Shown in pieces: positions 21,446 through 35,740 of a stretch of 64,000 bases of DNA. Source of the stretch: the human T2T-CHM13v2.0 reference genome, Homo sapiens. Position 1 is the stretch's first letter, and every line of letters begins with the position of its first letter. The DNA is taken from the NCBI RefSeq assembly GCF_009914755.1, contig NC_060927.1; one strand, given 5' to 3'. The position numbers and the translations under genes are program-made. Under the pieces are notes generated by a model. It made no database searches. It was not told the origin of the DNA and saw nothing but the letters and a program-made list of their open reading frames with translations.

Positions 21446-22999
21446 TAAATTCCTATTCACAGTTAATATATTTAGGTAATATGAATAGGATACACACACC
21501 AAAAATATAATTTTAGTAGAGTTTTCAATTTAAAAAATCCCATTAATCTAGTATAAAAGGATTAACTAGATTGAAATTGTTAATATATACTTTCACCCAC
21601 AACAGAATGCCATAACCACTGCTTTGGGCCCTTAGGATATCTCAGAAGTACCACTGCTAATCAAAAGCAATTGAGACTGCTAAGTTCAGCTTCTCTTTCT
21701 AGGAAGCCACAAGCTCACAAACTCCCTGTCCAGTTTGCTGTCTTCTGTCATTGCCCTTCTCCATAACAGTAATATGGTGAATAATAAGGAGCCAGAAAGA
21801 GCATGAACACATTACCAACAAGGAACAAATGGCTTACCCAGCTCCAGGGTGCTGAGCTTGCAACCCACTTGCGATATTGGGTCATTTAGAAACTAGAAAG
21901 CAAATAACACACGCAAATTGGAACATATATTTCTGCATTGTAATGTTCTCTGCCCGTGTGGTGTTTTCTCCATATTTTAACTTGTTTTATATTGGCTTTA
22001 TTGAGAGATTTACATCTTACTTTTTTTCTAAAGAGCTACTAGTTATCCTTTGGTAGCAACTAAACCAAATATCTGAATCTCCTTCTCCAGGGGTCTTTAA
22101 ATCTGTTGTATTTTTATATGTTTCTATTTTCCAGGAAGCATTTATTCTATTTCAAGTGGTGTAGAAACCTCACTGGCTTTTGCAAAAGTAAATATTTTAT
22201 CCCCTTTCAAGATGAATTGCAATTTTCTACCAGCCTTGAGCGGTGAGAAAATTTAAAAATGTCCACCTTACAGCATCTAGATTTCGATGAACTGAACTAC
22301 CAAATTGTTCTGTGCATTTAATAAATTGTTCATTGGCAATGAATATTTCTCTAGTCAAGGTTGGTGTTACAGGAATTTAAGATACAGAAGCTCAGCAATA
22401 AAATGTATATATAACCAATGGCCTTGGAAAAGAATTGATTGAATGTGGGTTTAAAATAAGGTTTTATACAATCTTATGAGTGTTTTAATGAATTATTAGG
22501 TATTTTATTATAACAAAAATTTAACTTTTATGCTAAATAGCCAAGGAAAGATATATTTGCTTCAGATTAATATTTCTATATAATGGAACTTAACTCACTT
22601 TCAAGAGCTCCTTTTTAAATGATTACCAGCTTGTACATAATAAAGGGGGAAAAACATATCGTGAGTTACAGTTAACTATTTGAACTAATAAAATATTCTA
22701 TTGCTTAATCACGACATAAAACTCCTTATCTGTAAGTATTTGTTGTAATCCTAGTTGGCTTCACAGGAATTGTTGATATTAAAAATACTTAATTTTATAT
22801 ATAAGGTGAATAGTTGATATAAAGAAAATGCAATAAATGTAAAAGAAGCTTCATAGTACATTTTCGTAATAAATATTCAAATACTTTAGTTTTTCCTCTA
22901 TGTCCTTCCAACTAAAACTGCTCTCAATATTTCTAACTCAAAATAGAAGGCATTGCCTCTTGCCTAGACTTTCTGACTTTACCTATTGATGAGGCAATG

Positions 23000-23530
23000 G
23001 TGTGACCCTCATTTTTCTCCTGCAGGAATGAGAGTCTCATTTCCCAGTTGCTGAATTACTGCTGGCAACTTTCAACTGAGTCTGCCTCAAAATTTCTTGA
23101 AGCCAAGGCTCCAAAATTTGAGGTGTATTGGGTGAGCTTAAAGCTCAGATGGCTGTACCCCCAGACTTCTGATTTAGTAAATCTGGGGTGGAGCCCAATA
23201 TTCTGCCTTTCTAACAAGCACCAAGGTGATGCCAATGCTACTATTCTGGGAAGCTCACTTTGGAAACCAGGGTCTTAAGCTGAAGAGAGCTGCTCATCCA
23301 AGGTGACACTTCCCATCTGGCGCAGCTCAGATCCACTGTGGGTACATAAGCCAGGCCTCCTTGCCTCAAAGGGATAAAGCGAAAGGACTATCTCAGCTCC
23401 AGATCTCCCACTGAGACTGGCTGAGCCATTTGTTATCATTGTTTGGCATTTCAACAATTCTCTCTGTCCAATCCTATTTCCATTCTCCCCCTTCTAGGTT
23501 TTGATCCTGTGGGTGCAACGAGACCCAAAT
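23000..23530 (+). mobile_element. LTR16-family ERVL LTR interrupted by MER5A
   Basis: CAGGAATGAGAGTCTCATTTCCCAG...GCTGAAGAGAGCTGCTCATCCAAGGT...CCAGCTCC-like CTCAGCTCCAGATCTCCC...TGTCCAATCCTATTTCC. Confidence 0.7.
23104..23273. mobile_element. MER5A (hAT-Charlie MITE)
   Basis: CCCAGACTTCTGATTTAGTAAATCTGGGGTGGAGCCCAATATTCTGCCTTTCTAACAAGCACCAAGGTGATGC...CACTTTGGAAACCA. Confidence 0.8.
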
Positions 23531-23749
23531 CAATCTGATTAAAACATTTATCTAATATTTTAATGGCTGATCAGCATTTGTAGAAAGCCATCCAAACTTG
23601 TGTCTATATTTTGTATTCTTCCCAATCCTAGGCTGATAAACTTCTCAGCTTCTACTGGCTGTGGAATGCTGCTACAGAAATGAGTACAAATTCATAATGT
23701 GCTGATCAAAATGAGCCCCACATGGGTGATACCAGAGTCCCTGTCCAGG

Positions 23750-24690
<941 letters not shown>

Positions 24691-25699
24691 ATTCAGAAAA
24701 ATGTCCCTGGGTTACCCAGACTAAGACAACAAACAAACAATTTTATGGAAAGACACTTTAAAGTTTTATTTTCCCTGATAATAAATTAGATCCTGAGTGG
24801 CTGGTCATAAAATCCCCAGCTGAGAAACACTGTCTTAGATACAATCCTTTCATATAAAAGCAAAGGCAAAGAATTAGAGCATTTGGGGGGCTGGAATGGA
24901 CTTTAAATAAAAGCAAGGCCAACTCCCTTATTTTCCAAATAAAGAAAATGTTTACTCAGAGAAGCTAAATGGACTTGTCTGATGGATAGTAAAAGAGTTA
25001 GAACAAGATCAGAATGAGTGCGGGTAAAGTTGAAGGAAATCTGTAAAGTATCAAAGAACAAAAAAAAAAAAAAAAGGTGCTTATGGAGGTGTCACCATTA
25101 ATTTTGAAACTCAACACAAATAAACCCAAAGTGTGTATGCTGGAGAGGGGGACAAACTAGGAGCACAGAATCCCACACTGATTTCCAAGGTTATCATCTT
25201 TCAGAAGGCATTGTTGCCAGAGTTTCTTTATTGAGGGCAACAGATATTTAGAATGAGGGGATTTACATATATCTTCATCTCTTTGAGTGTGCCAGTTGTA
25301 ACTCTAATAGCTCATGTCTCAGGAAGAAAAGTATTTTATATTATTAACTGGTATACCCATGTGGAGCAAACATTCTCATCCACAACTAAATAATAAAAAA
25401 TGCCACAAGCAACCTCTAATATTTTCTACTCTGTTTTATTATATTCTAAATAATTAAGAAAAGGACTGGTTATGATCTGCTTAACTGTTTTCTCAGTCCA
25501 ATAGTGGGGTGTAAGCAATAGTTTGAAAAATAATGTGCTTGATTTCTCATTATTTGACCTCTGAATTTGCGGTCTTCTTTGTGTTCTTTTGTCCATAACA
25601 TCAACGATGCTTTTTCAATAGCGCCAATATATTTTGCCTTCTTGGTAAATTGCATTGGTCAATTAAGATTAAGCCATATAGCAGGAAAAGAGAATATAA

Positions 25700-26076
25700 T
25701 GTTTCTTACTCAGCTGAGACTGCCATAACAAAATACCATAAAGGAGGTGGTTTAAACAACAGATATTTTTCTTTTTCACAGTTCTGGAGGCTGGAGTCAG
25801 ATCAGTGTGCCAACATGGTCTGGTTGTGAGAGCCCTCATCCTCGCTTGCAGGTGGCCTCCTTCTCACTGTGTCCTCCCATGGCAAAGAGAGAGTGAGAGA
25901 GAGAAAACTTCCTGGTGTCTCTCCTTATAAGGGCACTGAGTTCCTCCTGAGCACCCCACTTTCGTGACTGTAAATAAACGTATTCATCTTCTCAAAGCCC
26001 CATTTCCAAATACCATTAAACTGGGGGTTAAGGCTTTAACATATGAATTTTAGGGGGAACACAACAGTTCATGGCA
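25700..26076 (-). mobile_element. MLT1A/MLT1A0 LTR
   Basis: CTGCCATAACAAAATACCATA...CACAGTTCTGGAGGCTGG...AACATATGAATTTTAGGGGG. Confidence 0.85.
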
Positions 26077-26739
26077 TAAGGTCAACCAGCATACTTCCAT
26101 ATGCAAAGGGCCTTCCAGTCCTGGAGGAGAAAAGGACCTGGAGAAAGAGGAATTGAAAGGTAGCAAGTAGTGTTTCATCCTTGAAATCAAAATTCGAGGA
26201 GAGGTTGTTAGAAATACCTTTATAAATGGAGGAGAGTTTATTCCTTATTTTCATGTTAAAGTTTATACAATTTCAAAAACCCTTGGAGAAGCAGCTTGAC
26301 AACATAAGGTAGCTGCCACAAAGTATTAATGATGACATGATGTGATTTGGCAGAGAACAGATCCTGACATGGTGACCTCTCATGCTCCACAGCCAGGGAA
26401 AACGTGAAAGAAATTCAAAAGTTTTTACATGACACTCATTGGGTGTTTGGTAGCTAGCTCAAAGTCAGACACTTTGATATCCCAGTGTCATGAATCCTGG
26501 CAATAACGGAAGTGTGTGTCCTGGGTAACAGAAGGAGATTTTCTTGCACAGACAAAGGACATTTATACACTACACAGAAGACGTAACAAGGACAGAAGCC
26601 AAGGCCTGAAAGTAGGCAAGATTGATGACATCTCAACTGGAGGTACCCAGAAGCCAATAGATAAGGACAACATAACATTATGTATGTTCTCATGGTGCCC
26701 AAACATCACCCAGAGACAGAAGTAAAAGAGAATGGAGAG

Positions 26740-27130
26740 TGATATGATTTGGATATGTGTTCCCTCTAAATTTCATGTTGAGATGTGATTTCCAAATGTT
26801 GCAGGTGGGGCCTAGTGGGAGGTGTTGGATCATGAGGGTGAATCTCTCATGAATGGCTTGGCACCATCGACGTGGTACTGAGTGAGTTCTTTCTATGTTA
26901 GACCCCAGGAGAGATGGTTGTTTAAAAGAGCTTGGCACCTCCTCCCTTTCTCTCTTGCTGCTTCTCGTCATGTGACTGGCTGGCTCGCCTTCACCTTGCA
27001 CCATGATTGTAAGCTTCCTGAGGCCTTCACCAGGAGCAGATGCTGGCACCATGCTTCCTGTACAGCTTGCAGAACCATGACCCAAATAAATTTCTTTTCT
27101 TTATAAATTAGCCAGTCTCAGGTATAGCAG
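26740..27130 (+). mobile_element. MSTB-type MaLR LTR
   Basis: TGATATGATTTGGATATGTG...CATGATTGTAAGCTTCCTGAGGCC...GCAGATGCTGGCACCATGCTTCCTGTACAG. Confidence 0.88.
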
Positions 27131-27267
27131 AGACAAAGTCTCAAGTCCAGGTATTTAGCACAGAGATATTGAGAAAGGCAGAAAGAAATTGTTGTTAAAC
27201 TATAATAGGCTGCAATATATTTAATTACCAAGTTTGTAACTTAAAATGTGACACTGTTATACTTCAG

Positions 27268-27581
<314 letters not shown>

Positions 27582-27831
27582 CTGTTTTCTTTATATACTC
27601 CCTCTCCATTAAAATATTTTGTCCTGTCACTATAATTTAAGAAATGTATAAGGTGATTTCTAAAAATATAACACAGGTTTTCATAAGGCGCTTGGGTCAA
27701 AAACTATGTGATTTTTGTGCTAATATATTTAAAACCAAGTAATTAACTCTTCCCCTTACTCTAAAGATGATAATAGACTGATCTATATGCCACATGTCGA
27801 TATCACACTTGTTGCACAAAGTTTCACACAG

Positions 27832-28023
27832 TTATTTATTTATTTGAGACAGTGTCCGGCTTTGTCACCCAGGCTGGAGTGCAGTGGCACAATCTTGGCT
27901 CACGGCAACCTCTGCCCTCCTGGGCTCATGTGATCCTCCTACCTCAGCCTCCCAAGTAGCTGGGATCACAGGCATGCACCACCATGCCTGGCCTTTTTTT
28001 GTGTTTTGTTTTGTTTTGTTTTG

Positions 28024-28055
<32 letters not shown>

Positions 28056-28175
28056 GTAGTGACGGGGGTCTCACCATGTTGCCTAGGCTGGTATCGAACT
28101 CCTGAGCTCAAGCGATCCACCCGCCTCAGCCTCTCAAAGTGCAGGGATGACAGACGTCAGCCACCCTACCCAGCC
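27832..28175 (-). mobile_element. AluJ with a (TTTTG)n expansion in the linker
   Basis: GGGCTCATGTGATCCTCC and CTGAGCTCAAGCGATCC (J-type); ACAGTT repeated on both flanks. Confidence 0.9.
27995..28053. repeat. (TTTTG)n microsatellite
   Basis: Pentamer array in the Alu middle A-rich region. Confidence 0.95.
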
Positions 28176-28404
28176 ACAGTTCTCATTTATAAAACAAGTG
28201 TTCTTCGTACTGTTTTATATAAATACTACACTTTCCTTGGAGTCCTCCAAAGTATGTGAAAAGAAACATGTATAGCAAAGGCTAAGTCTGAGATAAACCG
28301 TCATTTCTGGATAAATCTGTAACTAAGAACAGGATAACCTTCATTTAGCCACGGAGAATTGTAATACCATAATACTATAATTGTCGTGCTATGCTTAGCT
28401 ATTT

Positions 28405-28560
28405 TTAACTGATTGTTGACTTTTACTGTGTGCCTACCATATACTCATCACTGAGCTAAGTAGGCTCTGAGAATACAGACTTAACCGGGCAAATTTTTGC
28501 CCTATCAAACCTGGTTGCCTAATTCATGAAAGAAAATTAAACATTTACAAAAAACAATGC
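28405..28560 (-). mobile_element. L2 3' end
   Basis: TTACTGTGTGCCTACCATATAC...CACTGAGCTAAG...TCTGAGAATACAG. Confidence 0.55.
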
Positions 28561-28639
28561 CAGCTGTGGCATGTTTCTTATGTTATAGAGCAGCGGGGAG
28601 GGTCTTTTTAGTTGTGCAAGGGGGCTGCATAGGGGAAAT

Positions 28640-29107
28640 TGTGAGGGATAAAAGACAGTTCCCCAGGTGGCCTTGGACTGCCCCAGTTCTCCCTCCTTTC
28701 TCACTTATAGTTCTCAGGAGTATCTGTAGAATGTGTTGTGAATGTAATATCATGAGACAGACAGGGATTGGCAAGCCCTGGTTCCGTTCCAGTCTCCCCT
28801 ACTAGAAACAGGATGTCCTTCAGGCTTTATAGCTCAATGAGCCCTGCGGCCCAGGACATAAAACCCAGGGTGGGCTGCTTTCCTGGGTCCCTTGGCTGCG
28901 GTGCAAGTGGGGCACGTGCAGATCAGACTCCATCTGCACTAGACAGCTTTCTTGAACCTTGGGGAGTGGCTTTTGAATCTTAGTTTTCTGTCATCTTTGC
29001 TGCCTATCTCTAAGTAATAAACCCACTTCAAGTAACTTGTATGTGACTGTTCTGTCTCACCAGACTCTGACCGCTTGGTAACCAGTGCACAGTGAATGTG
29101 CTTCACA
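28640..29107 (+). mobile_element. LTR47-type ERVL solo LTR
   Basis: TG...CA termini; TTCCCCAGGTGGCCTTGGAC near the start, AATAAA, GGTAACCAGTGCACAGTGAA..GCTTCACA end; TSD-like GAAAT/GTAAT. Confidence 0.8.
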
Positions 29108-31464
29108 GTAATAACTGGGCTCGATCTTAACTTATAAATAGGAATTTGTTTGTTTTTTAAATATTCCTTTCTTACACTGAAGAGGCGTGACTGAATCTGG
29201 TAGAAATATTAGAATGGAGCAAATTGGTGCCACAAAACATATTTGAGATTTAATTTTGAGGTTTTACTCATGATTTCATATGCTGGGCACTAAAATAAGT
29301 CACTTAAACATAACTTTTAAAAGCCAGGCAGTGGTTGTTTATTTTGAGGAAATCGCAATATATACCTGTAAATATGGACAGATACCAATGGTCCTAACAT
29401 TATCAGAATTGTTACTGTTGGCTTGGAAGAAAATATTTCAGAAAAGAGTAAACATTGAAATGATATAATGAATAACTTTTTCTCCCAACTAAATATAACC
29501 ACAATGAATCACATAGCAATTCAAATATTTTTTTACTTCAGAATATTTGGACAGGTCTGAACATGAGGCAACTTGGAAAATCCCTTGATAATTCAAAAAT
29601 TGACTCGTCATGTTGAGGGGATGAGATTACAAATGCATGAAACCCTGACCTAGATTAGACCAGTCAGATTCACTCTCTCAAGAATTTTAAATTCCAACAG
29701 ATTCCAAGTGCTGGACTCTAAATAACTTGTAAAATAGGACTGGAACAACCATGGTTACCTATCAGCTTTGTTGTTAGGCAAGCAGTGAAAGCTCAACTGC
29801 AGAAGAGTCAAGTGCTGAGGAAAGTAGGATTAAAAGTCATGTGGAACCAAGAGAGGCAGGGAGAGATCGCGATAATTTGATTGTGTTGGTTTCTGGGTTG
29901 CCTTGATTGCCTTGTTTGGGTGCTCTCAATTTCAGTCCCTCACAGGGCCTGGCTGCCCTTCTTGTCCTTGGATTTTATGGGATCCACCAAGATTGCTCCG
30001 GGCACTGACTAGATAATTGTGAATGAGTTTTGTTACATCCAAGCAAATGATAAACACACTTGTACTAAAAAAAAAAAAAGAGAGAGAGAGAAGGAAGCCT
30101 AAGACCAAGTAAGAAAAGGCTAAATGTTGTGCAGCACAATATATACATGTTTATCACAGTGCTTACTTACTTCTTGACTCCATTGAATGAAAACAATAGA
30201 ATATAAATCAATTCATATGCTGCCTTCATATTCCCCTGGGGTACACAGTAGTACTAAAATCATATCTAATTTAGCTGAGTGAGGTGGCTCCATAATTTCA
30301 TCTATGATATTCAGTTGAGAGAAAAAGCTATTCATTTTATCATTTCAATGTTTACTCTTTTCTGAAATAGATTAATTTAAATTGCTCAGGGTGATCTTGG
30401 AATATCATTTGACATTATGATTTTTTTCCAGTCTGCAAAAAGGTTTAAAAAAAACAGTAGCTGTTAGCCATTTATTTCCAAATGTCCAGATATATTGGAT
30501 GTCAGATTGATTTTTCTGATAATTATCCAGATGTTGAACATATGTAGAGTAAATGTTAAAAATAGAATAAGCGACTGCCACTCAATAAGTCATAGGTTAG
30601 GGCAGCATTCCGAATAGAAAAATCTTTGAAGAGGCAAAGTGTCCTTAATGACATCAATGACATTTTTCCATTGAATGGCTGCCCTCACCATCTTATTCTA
30701 TTATGCAGTAACTTTATAGAGGCTTTCCTTGCCAGTGGCCCCCTCTAAATTCCTTTTCTTATTAACTTTTCAGAAATTCTTCTGCACAAAAGGGATTGAC
30801 AGTTGCTCACTGTAAGGTCTCCCAGGAGAACTGTCATTTTAAGCCTTTAATTAAACAGAGCAATCTTTTACTTTAGGATTTTGCAAAACGTAGTCAATAG
30901 AAAAGGGAACGTTTGAGGAACAAAGAAGTTTCCTTGATTCTCTTATATCCTACCAGGTAGGTGACTGTTCTATCCATTATCCTTAGCAAATCAGGCCTTG
31001 CTTGGCAAAAGAAGTATTAAGTAAAGATAATTCCAAAACTTATTCAGTCTTATCATTATAATCATTATCATTGCTATTCTACTTTATGAATCATCTTTTT
31101 TCTTTGAAATCTTACATATTTTCCCCCAAAGAGAAGAAAACAAAAAAGTAAAATGAACTAAAAGAAGCATTAAACATATTCTATCCAGGAGATATGTTAG
31201 CAACAGCAACTTTTATGAACACATGTAAAATAAAATAATTACACAATAATGTACATACACTTATTCAAACATTCTCTGCAAGTTTTCATGAAACTTACAA
31301 TATACAAGTCCTTAAGGCAAATAATGTTGGCAGAATGCTGGAGTGGTGAATAGATCGCCTATCTGCCACATCAAGATAGATTGCCTATCTATGGGATCTC
31401 ATTGGGGGTGGCACCGCAGATGGACTCTAGTCCATGATTAAGTTAGGAGAGGACCTAGTGCTCC

Positions 31465-32034
<570 letters not shown>

Positions 32035-32389
32035 ATCACACAGCGTTAAGAGCTGAGATCTCTCTCCCAAGTCAGATATCTGTCCTAGCCAAAGTGCAAT
32101 GGACCACACCAAAGCCCACATCTGCTGCTTCTATTACTTTGTGAATCTTCTCTGAAGAACTCTTCCCCCAGTAAGATGAGCATGTATGAGGTCTGGCAAT
32201 TTGCCTTTGTTTTTATGAAAATATAAAAATATAACATACAATGAAATAATGTAATAGATGTATACCTATATTGATTTATCAAATACTTACTATTCATTAA
32301 TCTTTCAACAAATAATTTTTGAGACTAAGTCTGTGCCAGAAACTGTGTATGTACAATATATACACAGCATTGGGGTACAAGATAAAGGT

Positions 32390-32570
32390 CAAGACTGGGC
32401 TTTGAAATTAGGATTACTGAGTTAGAATTGCAATGTTGCTTGTGATTGGTAGTGTGAGTTGAGCAAGTTCTACTCTCTGATTCACATTTTTGTTCCACAA
32501 AATAGATACATTTGCAAGGTTGTCATGGTGATTAATGAAAACGTATGAATAGTACTTAATATAAATATGA
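32390..32570 (+). mobile_element. MIR SINE
   Basis: TGGGCTTTGAAATTAGG...GTGTGAGTTGAGCAAGTTCTACTCTCTG...GGTTGTCATGGTGATTAATGA. Confidence 0.55.
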
Positions 32571-35331
32571 CAACTATAGAATTCCACTTTGGTCAATATA
32601 TTATCACACTTTTCTTTGACAAAGAATCCTGATAATCAGGACACATAAAAGAATTCTTAATTTCAAAAATGAAAATGATTAAGCAATAAGTTAGAAGAAT
32701 ATTAGAACCAGATTCAAAAAAAACAAACTTCTTAGTAAAACACGGGGGTGTCCCTTATTAAAATAGTCTGTTTAAGCATGGATGAATAAAACTTCCACAG
32801 TATCTGTAAATATCTTAGTCCAAAATTCACACCGATAATCATTAATTATTAGGCCATTTATCAGTGGGAAAAGATATCAGTTCTCAGTGACTAAAAACAA
32901 AATAGAGGAAAAAAAAAAGGCTTCTCAAGAAATCTCCTCCCATACAATTTCATAGAACACATCTAATAAGTCAGTTGTGTAGGCGGGTTGCTAGGGAATG
33001 CTGTAGTTTAAACTACTTATGTGATAGCTTTGAAAACATGAGTCCATGTAGAAATTAAATTTTAAGAATTAATGGTGAAATCCAGCCACAAGCACACATT
33101 TTGAAGACAGTACATAATGTCACAGATTGTACGGAATATCCCACTGGTAAGCTGTAATAACCAGGTGACTTTGGTATGATAGAGATACCCATGATAAGGC
33201 TGAGAGGATGTTATTAATAGAATAGCCTTTGCCATATCTCGCTGTAGATGCAGTTTAAAGTTCCTTTAATTTAAGCAAATAAGCCAAAAGCTTCTAGTTC
33301 AGAGCTCTGAACACAAGGATTATGCCAGGGATGTTATGTAATAAGTTAACTAAACTGGTTTGTTCCTCAGGATTTTATTCCTTTTCCTATACATTCCTGA
33401 GGAATTTACTTCCCTTCCATAACCCACCCTCAATAATGGAATAGCATAAAGTTGCTTTGAAGTATATGCAAGGGAAAGCATGAGAAAAACATGCATTTTT
33501 AAGAAAAAAAAACAAATGAATTACCCTGGTTTCCTATTTTATGAGTTGAACTTACTGCAAAAACAAGACAAATACTTTTCTAGTACGCTCTTTGGGGAAG
33601 AAATTTAAAAATTTGAATATGTAGAATACATCATCCTCAACTAAGTACTAAATGTAGAAGAATAAATGAATGAAGGAATGAATGTTTCCCAAGTATTAGA
33701 TGCTTTAAATACATGATTCTATTTCCTATCCATCATAACTCCATTTTAAAGAGAATGAAGCTGATACACAATGACTCTTACTCCAGAAGGCAGAGATGGG
33801 ATGCCAGAATTCTAGATAGAGCCATATCCTCAATCATCTTTTCAATGGGTGTGGGTTGAAATTAAAGGACAAATTGAGAAGATACATAAAATGTATTAAT
33901 ACAATCTATTCATGAAGGAAAGAAGATTACTAAAACATATTGCCTGTTACTGAGACAGAGTAAAGAAAAATGATCCACTAAGTAGCTTCTAACCTGATTG
34001 GTGGAAAATAGAACAGGATGGCAATAATTGAACTTCTATATGAATGTGCATAGGCTGTACTCGTAAAGGTATTAGGTATTACTTTTAAAACCAATGAGCT
34101 TCACCTTGAGGCATTGTCATCTATTCGGCTTCCCTCCTTAGCTGAAGATAGTTCAATAAGTTACTTTTTCCTACATTGAAATAAATTTTATAAAAAGGAA
34201 AACTTTTTTTCAATTAAAATCTATAATAATGAATGAATTTTACTGTGCTTCTGTAGTTCCACCATCACTTCTAGGGTATACAATTAAATTGCCTGAAGAT
34301 GGAAAAAAATATGCTCCAGGGAGTCATTCAGTATTGGCTAAAGAAACACACTATGTTTTAATGTTTCTTTCACTGTTGTTGATTTCATCATGTGTTTCGA
34401 AAATGCTAACATCGAGCCCTTGGAAATCCCGACTTCTCAGTTTCTTTCTTGAATTCTATGGGACTGCAGAATAATTTAAGCTTTTCATCTGAGTTAGAAT
34501 CTGTATTTCTGCAGTTCATCAACCTCATCTGTCACGTATATGTCACTGAAATTAGAAAAACCTTAGAAGGCAGAAAAAAATTAAAAACAAATTAATGTGG
34601 GAAGGTGATATAAATCAAGTGGTGAAGCCAAGAGTGAATTATCAAAAGATCTTTCATCAGAAGTGAATACATTTTCCTTTCTCTCAAGAGGAGCCCATTA
34701 TGTGTTTTTGTTTGCACTATTGTACTTGAAGTGGCATATTAAAGGAATAGATTTATTAGGATTTAGAATGTGTTTCACTCTGATAGGAAAGAATGGTGGT
34801 CCTTTAAATTTCATTTGAAAAGACTTAAACCTTGAAAGTCGACACAGGCCCTGGCTAGTAATGAATGCTATGAAAAACAAATACTGTTTTTAACTTAAAA
34901 CACATGCCTGAATCATCCCCCATAAGAAAAGAAAATATCACAACAAGACCAGCTTACAATTAACATTATTTATTCTATCTAAAATCCTTATAGTTTATTC
35001 AGTCAAATATGAGAGTTTGACATTTTTTAGCAAATTCATACTCTGTTTACTGAGAGGGAAAAGAAACAATTAAAACAAGGATTGCTTACATTTTCTCAGC
35101 TTGTTTCTCCTCTGAGTTAAACTAACTGGCTTTACCAGTGGGTTTTGAAAGACTCATCTATGTCAAACAGAAATCTCAATAAGGGGTTTGGGATTGCCAA
35201 ACAATGAGGGAAGATCAAAGATAGATAGAAATTCAACTATAAAGAAAAATGTGTTTTTTAATAGCTCACCAATCACATCTGCTTTTTTAATCAGAGAAAC
35301 ATAACTTTCAATATTGTAGTTTTTTGGAAGA

Positions 35332-35359
35332 GTGTGTGTGTCTGTGTGTGTGTGTGTGT
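35332..35359. repeat. (TG)n microsatellite
   Basis: Interrupted TG run. Confidence 0.9.
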
Positions 35360-35449
35360 CACAGAGAGAAGAGAAGATGAGAGAGACTGACTTAGGAAAG
35401 CAATGTCTGAGCATTTACCTTGGCTTAAGATACCAATAAGTGGTATGAT

Positions 35450-35740
35450 CTGGGGAAGGGCACCATTGCAATAGAAATAATGTTCTGATCATGACATCTG
35501 CAAATATCTATAACAATAGGCAGAAAGGGGTTTTTCTTTTATAGACAGGAATAAATAAGGCTAGAAACAACCAGGTTTGGAAAAATGGGATAAGGGGGGC
35601 CTAGTGAGATCAGAGAGGTCAGCCTATTCTTGGCAGGGGTGGGTCTTAAATGAGCAGTGGTATGCTGGCTCAGGTGGAAGGTGGTTCAAACAAGGTTCGA
35701 GGAAGAGTGAAAAAAAGTTCTTCCAAACAGGACACCATGG
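35450..35740 (-). mobile_element. ERV1-class LTR fragment (MER67-like, unresolved)
   Basis: ATTGCAATAG..TCTGATCATGACATCTGCAA..TAGGCAGAAAGGGGTTTTTCTTTTATAG..AAGGCTAGAAA. Confidence 0.5.

Noticed and set aside
26690-27106. 131-aa ORF, the longest in the track
   Set aside because: It lies almost entirely within the MSTB LTR in antisense; a common spurious MaLR reading frame.
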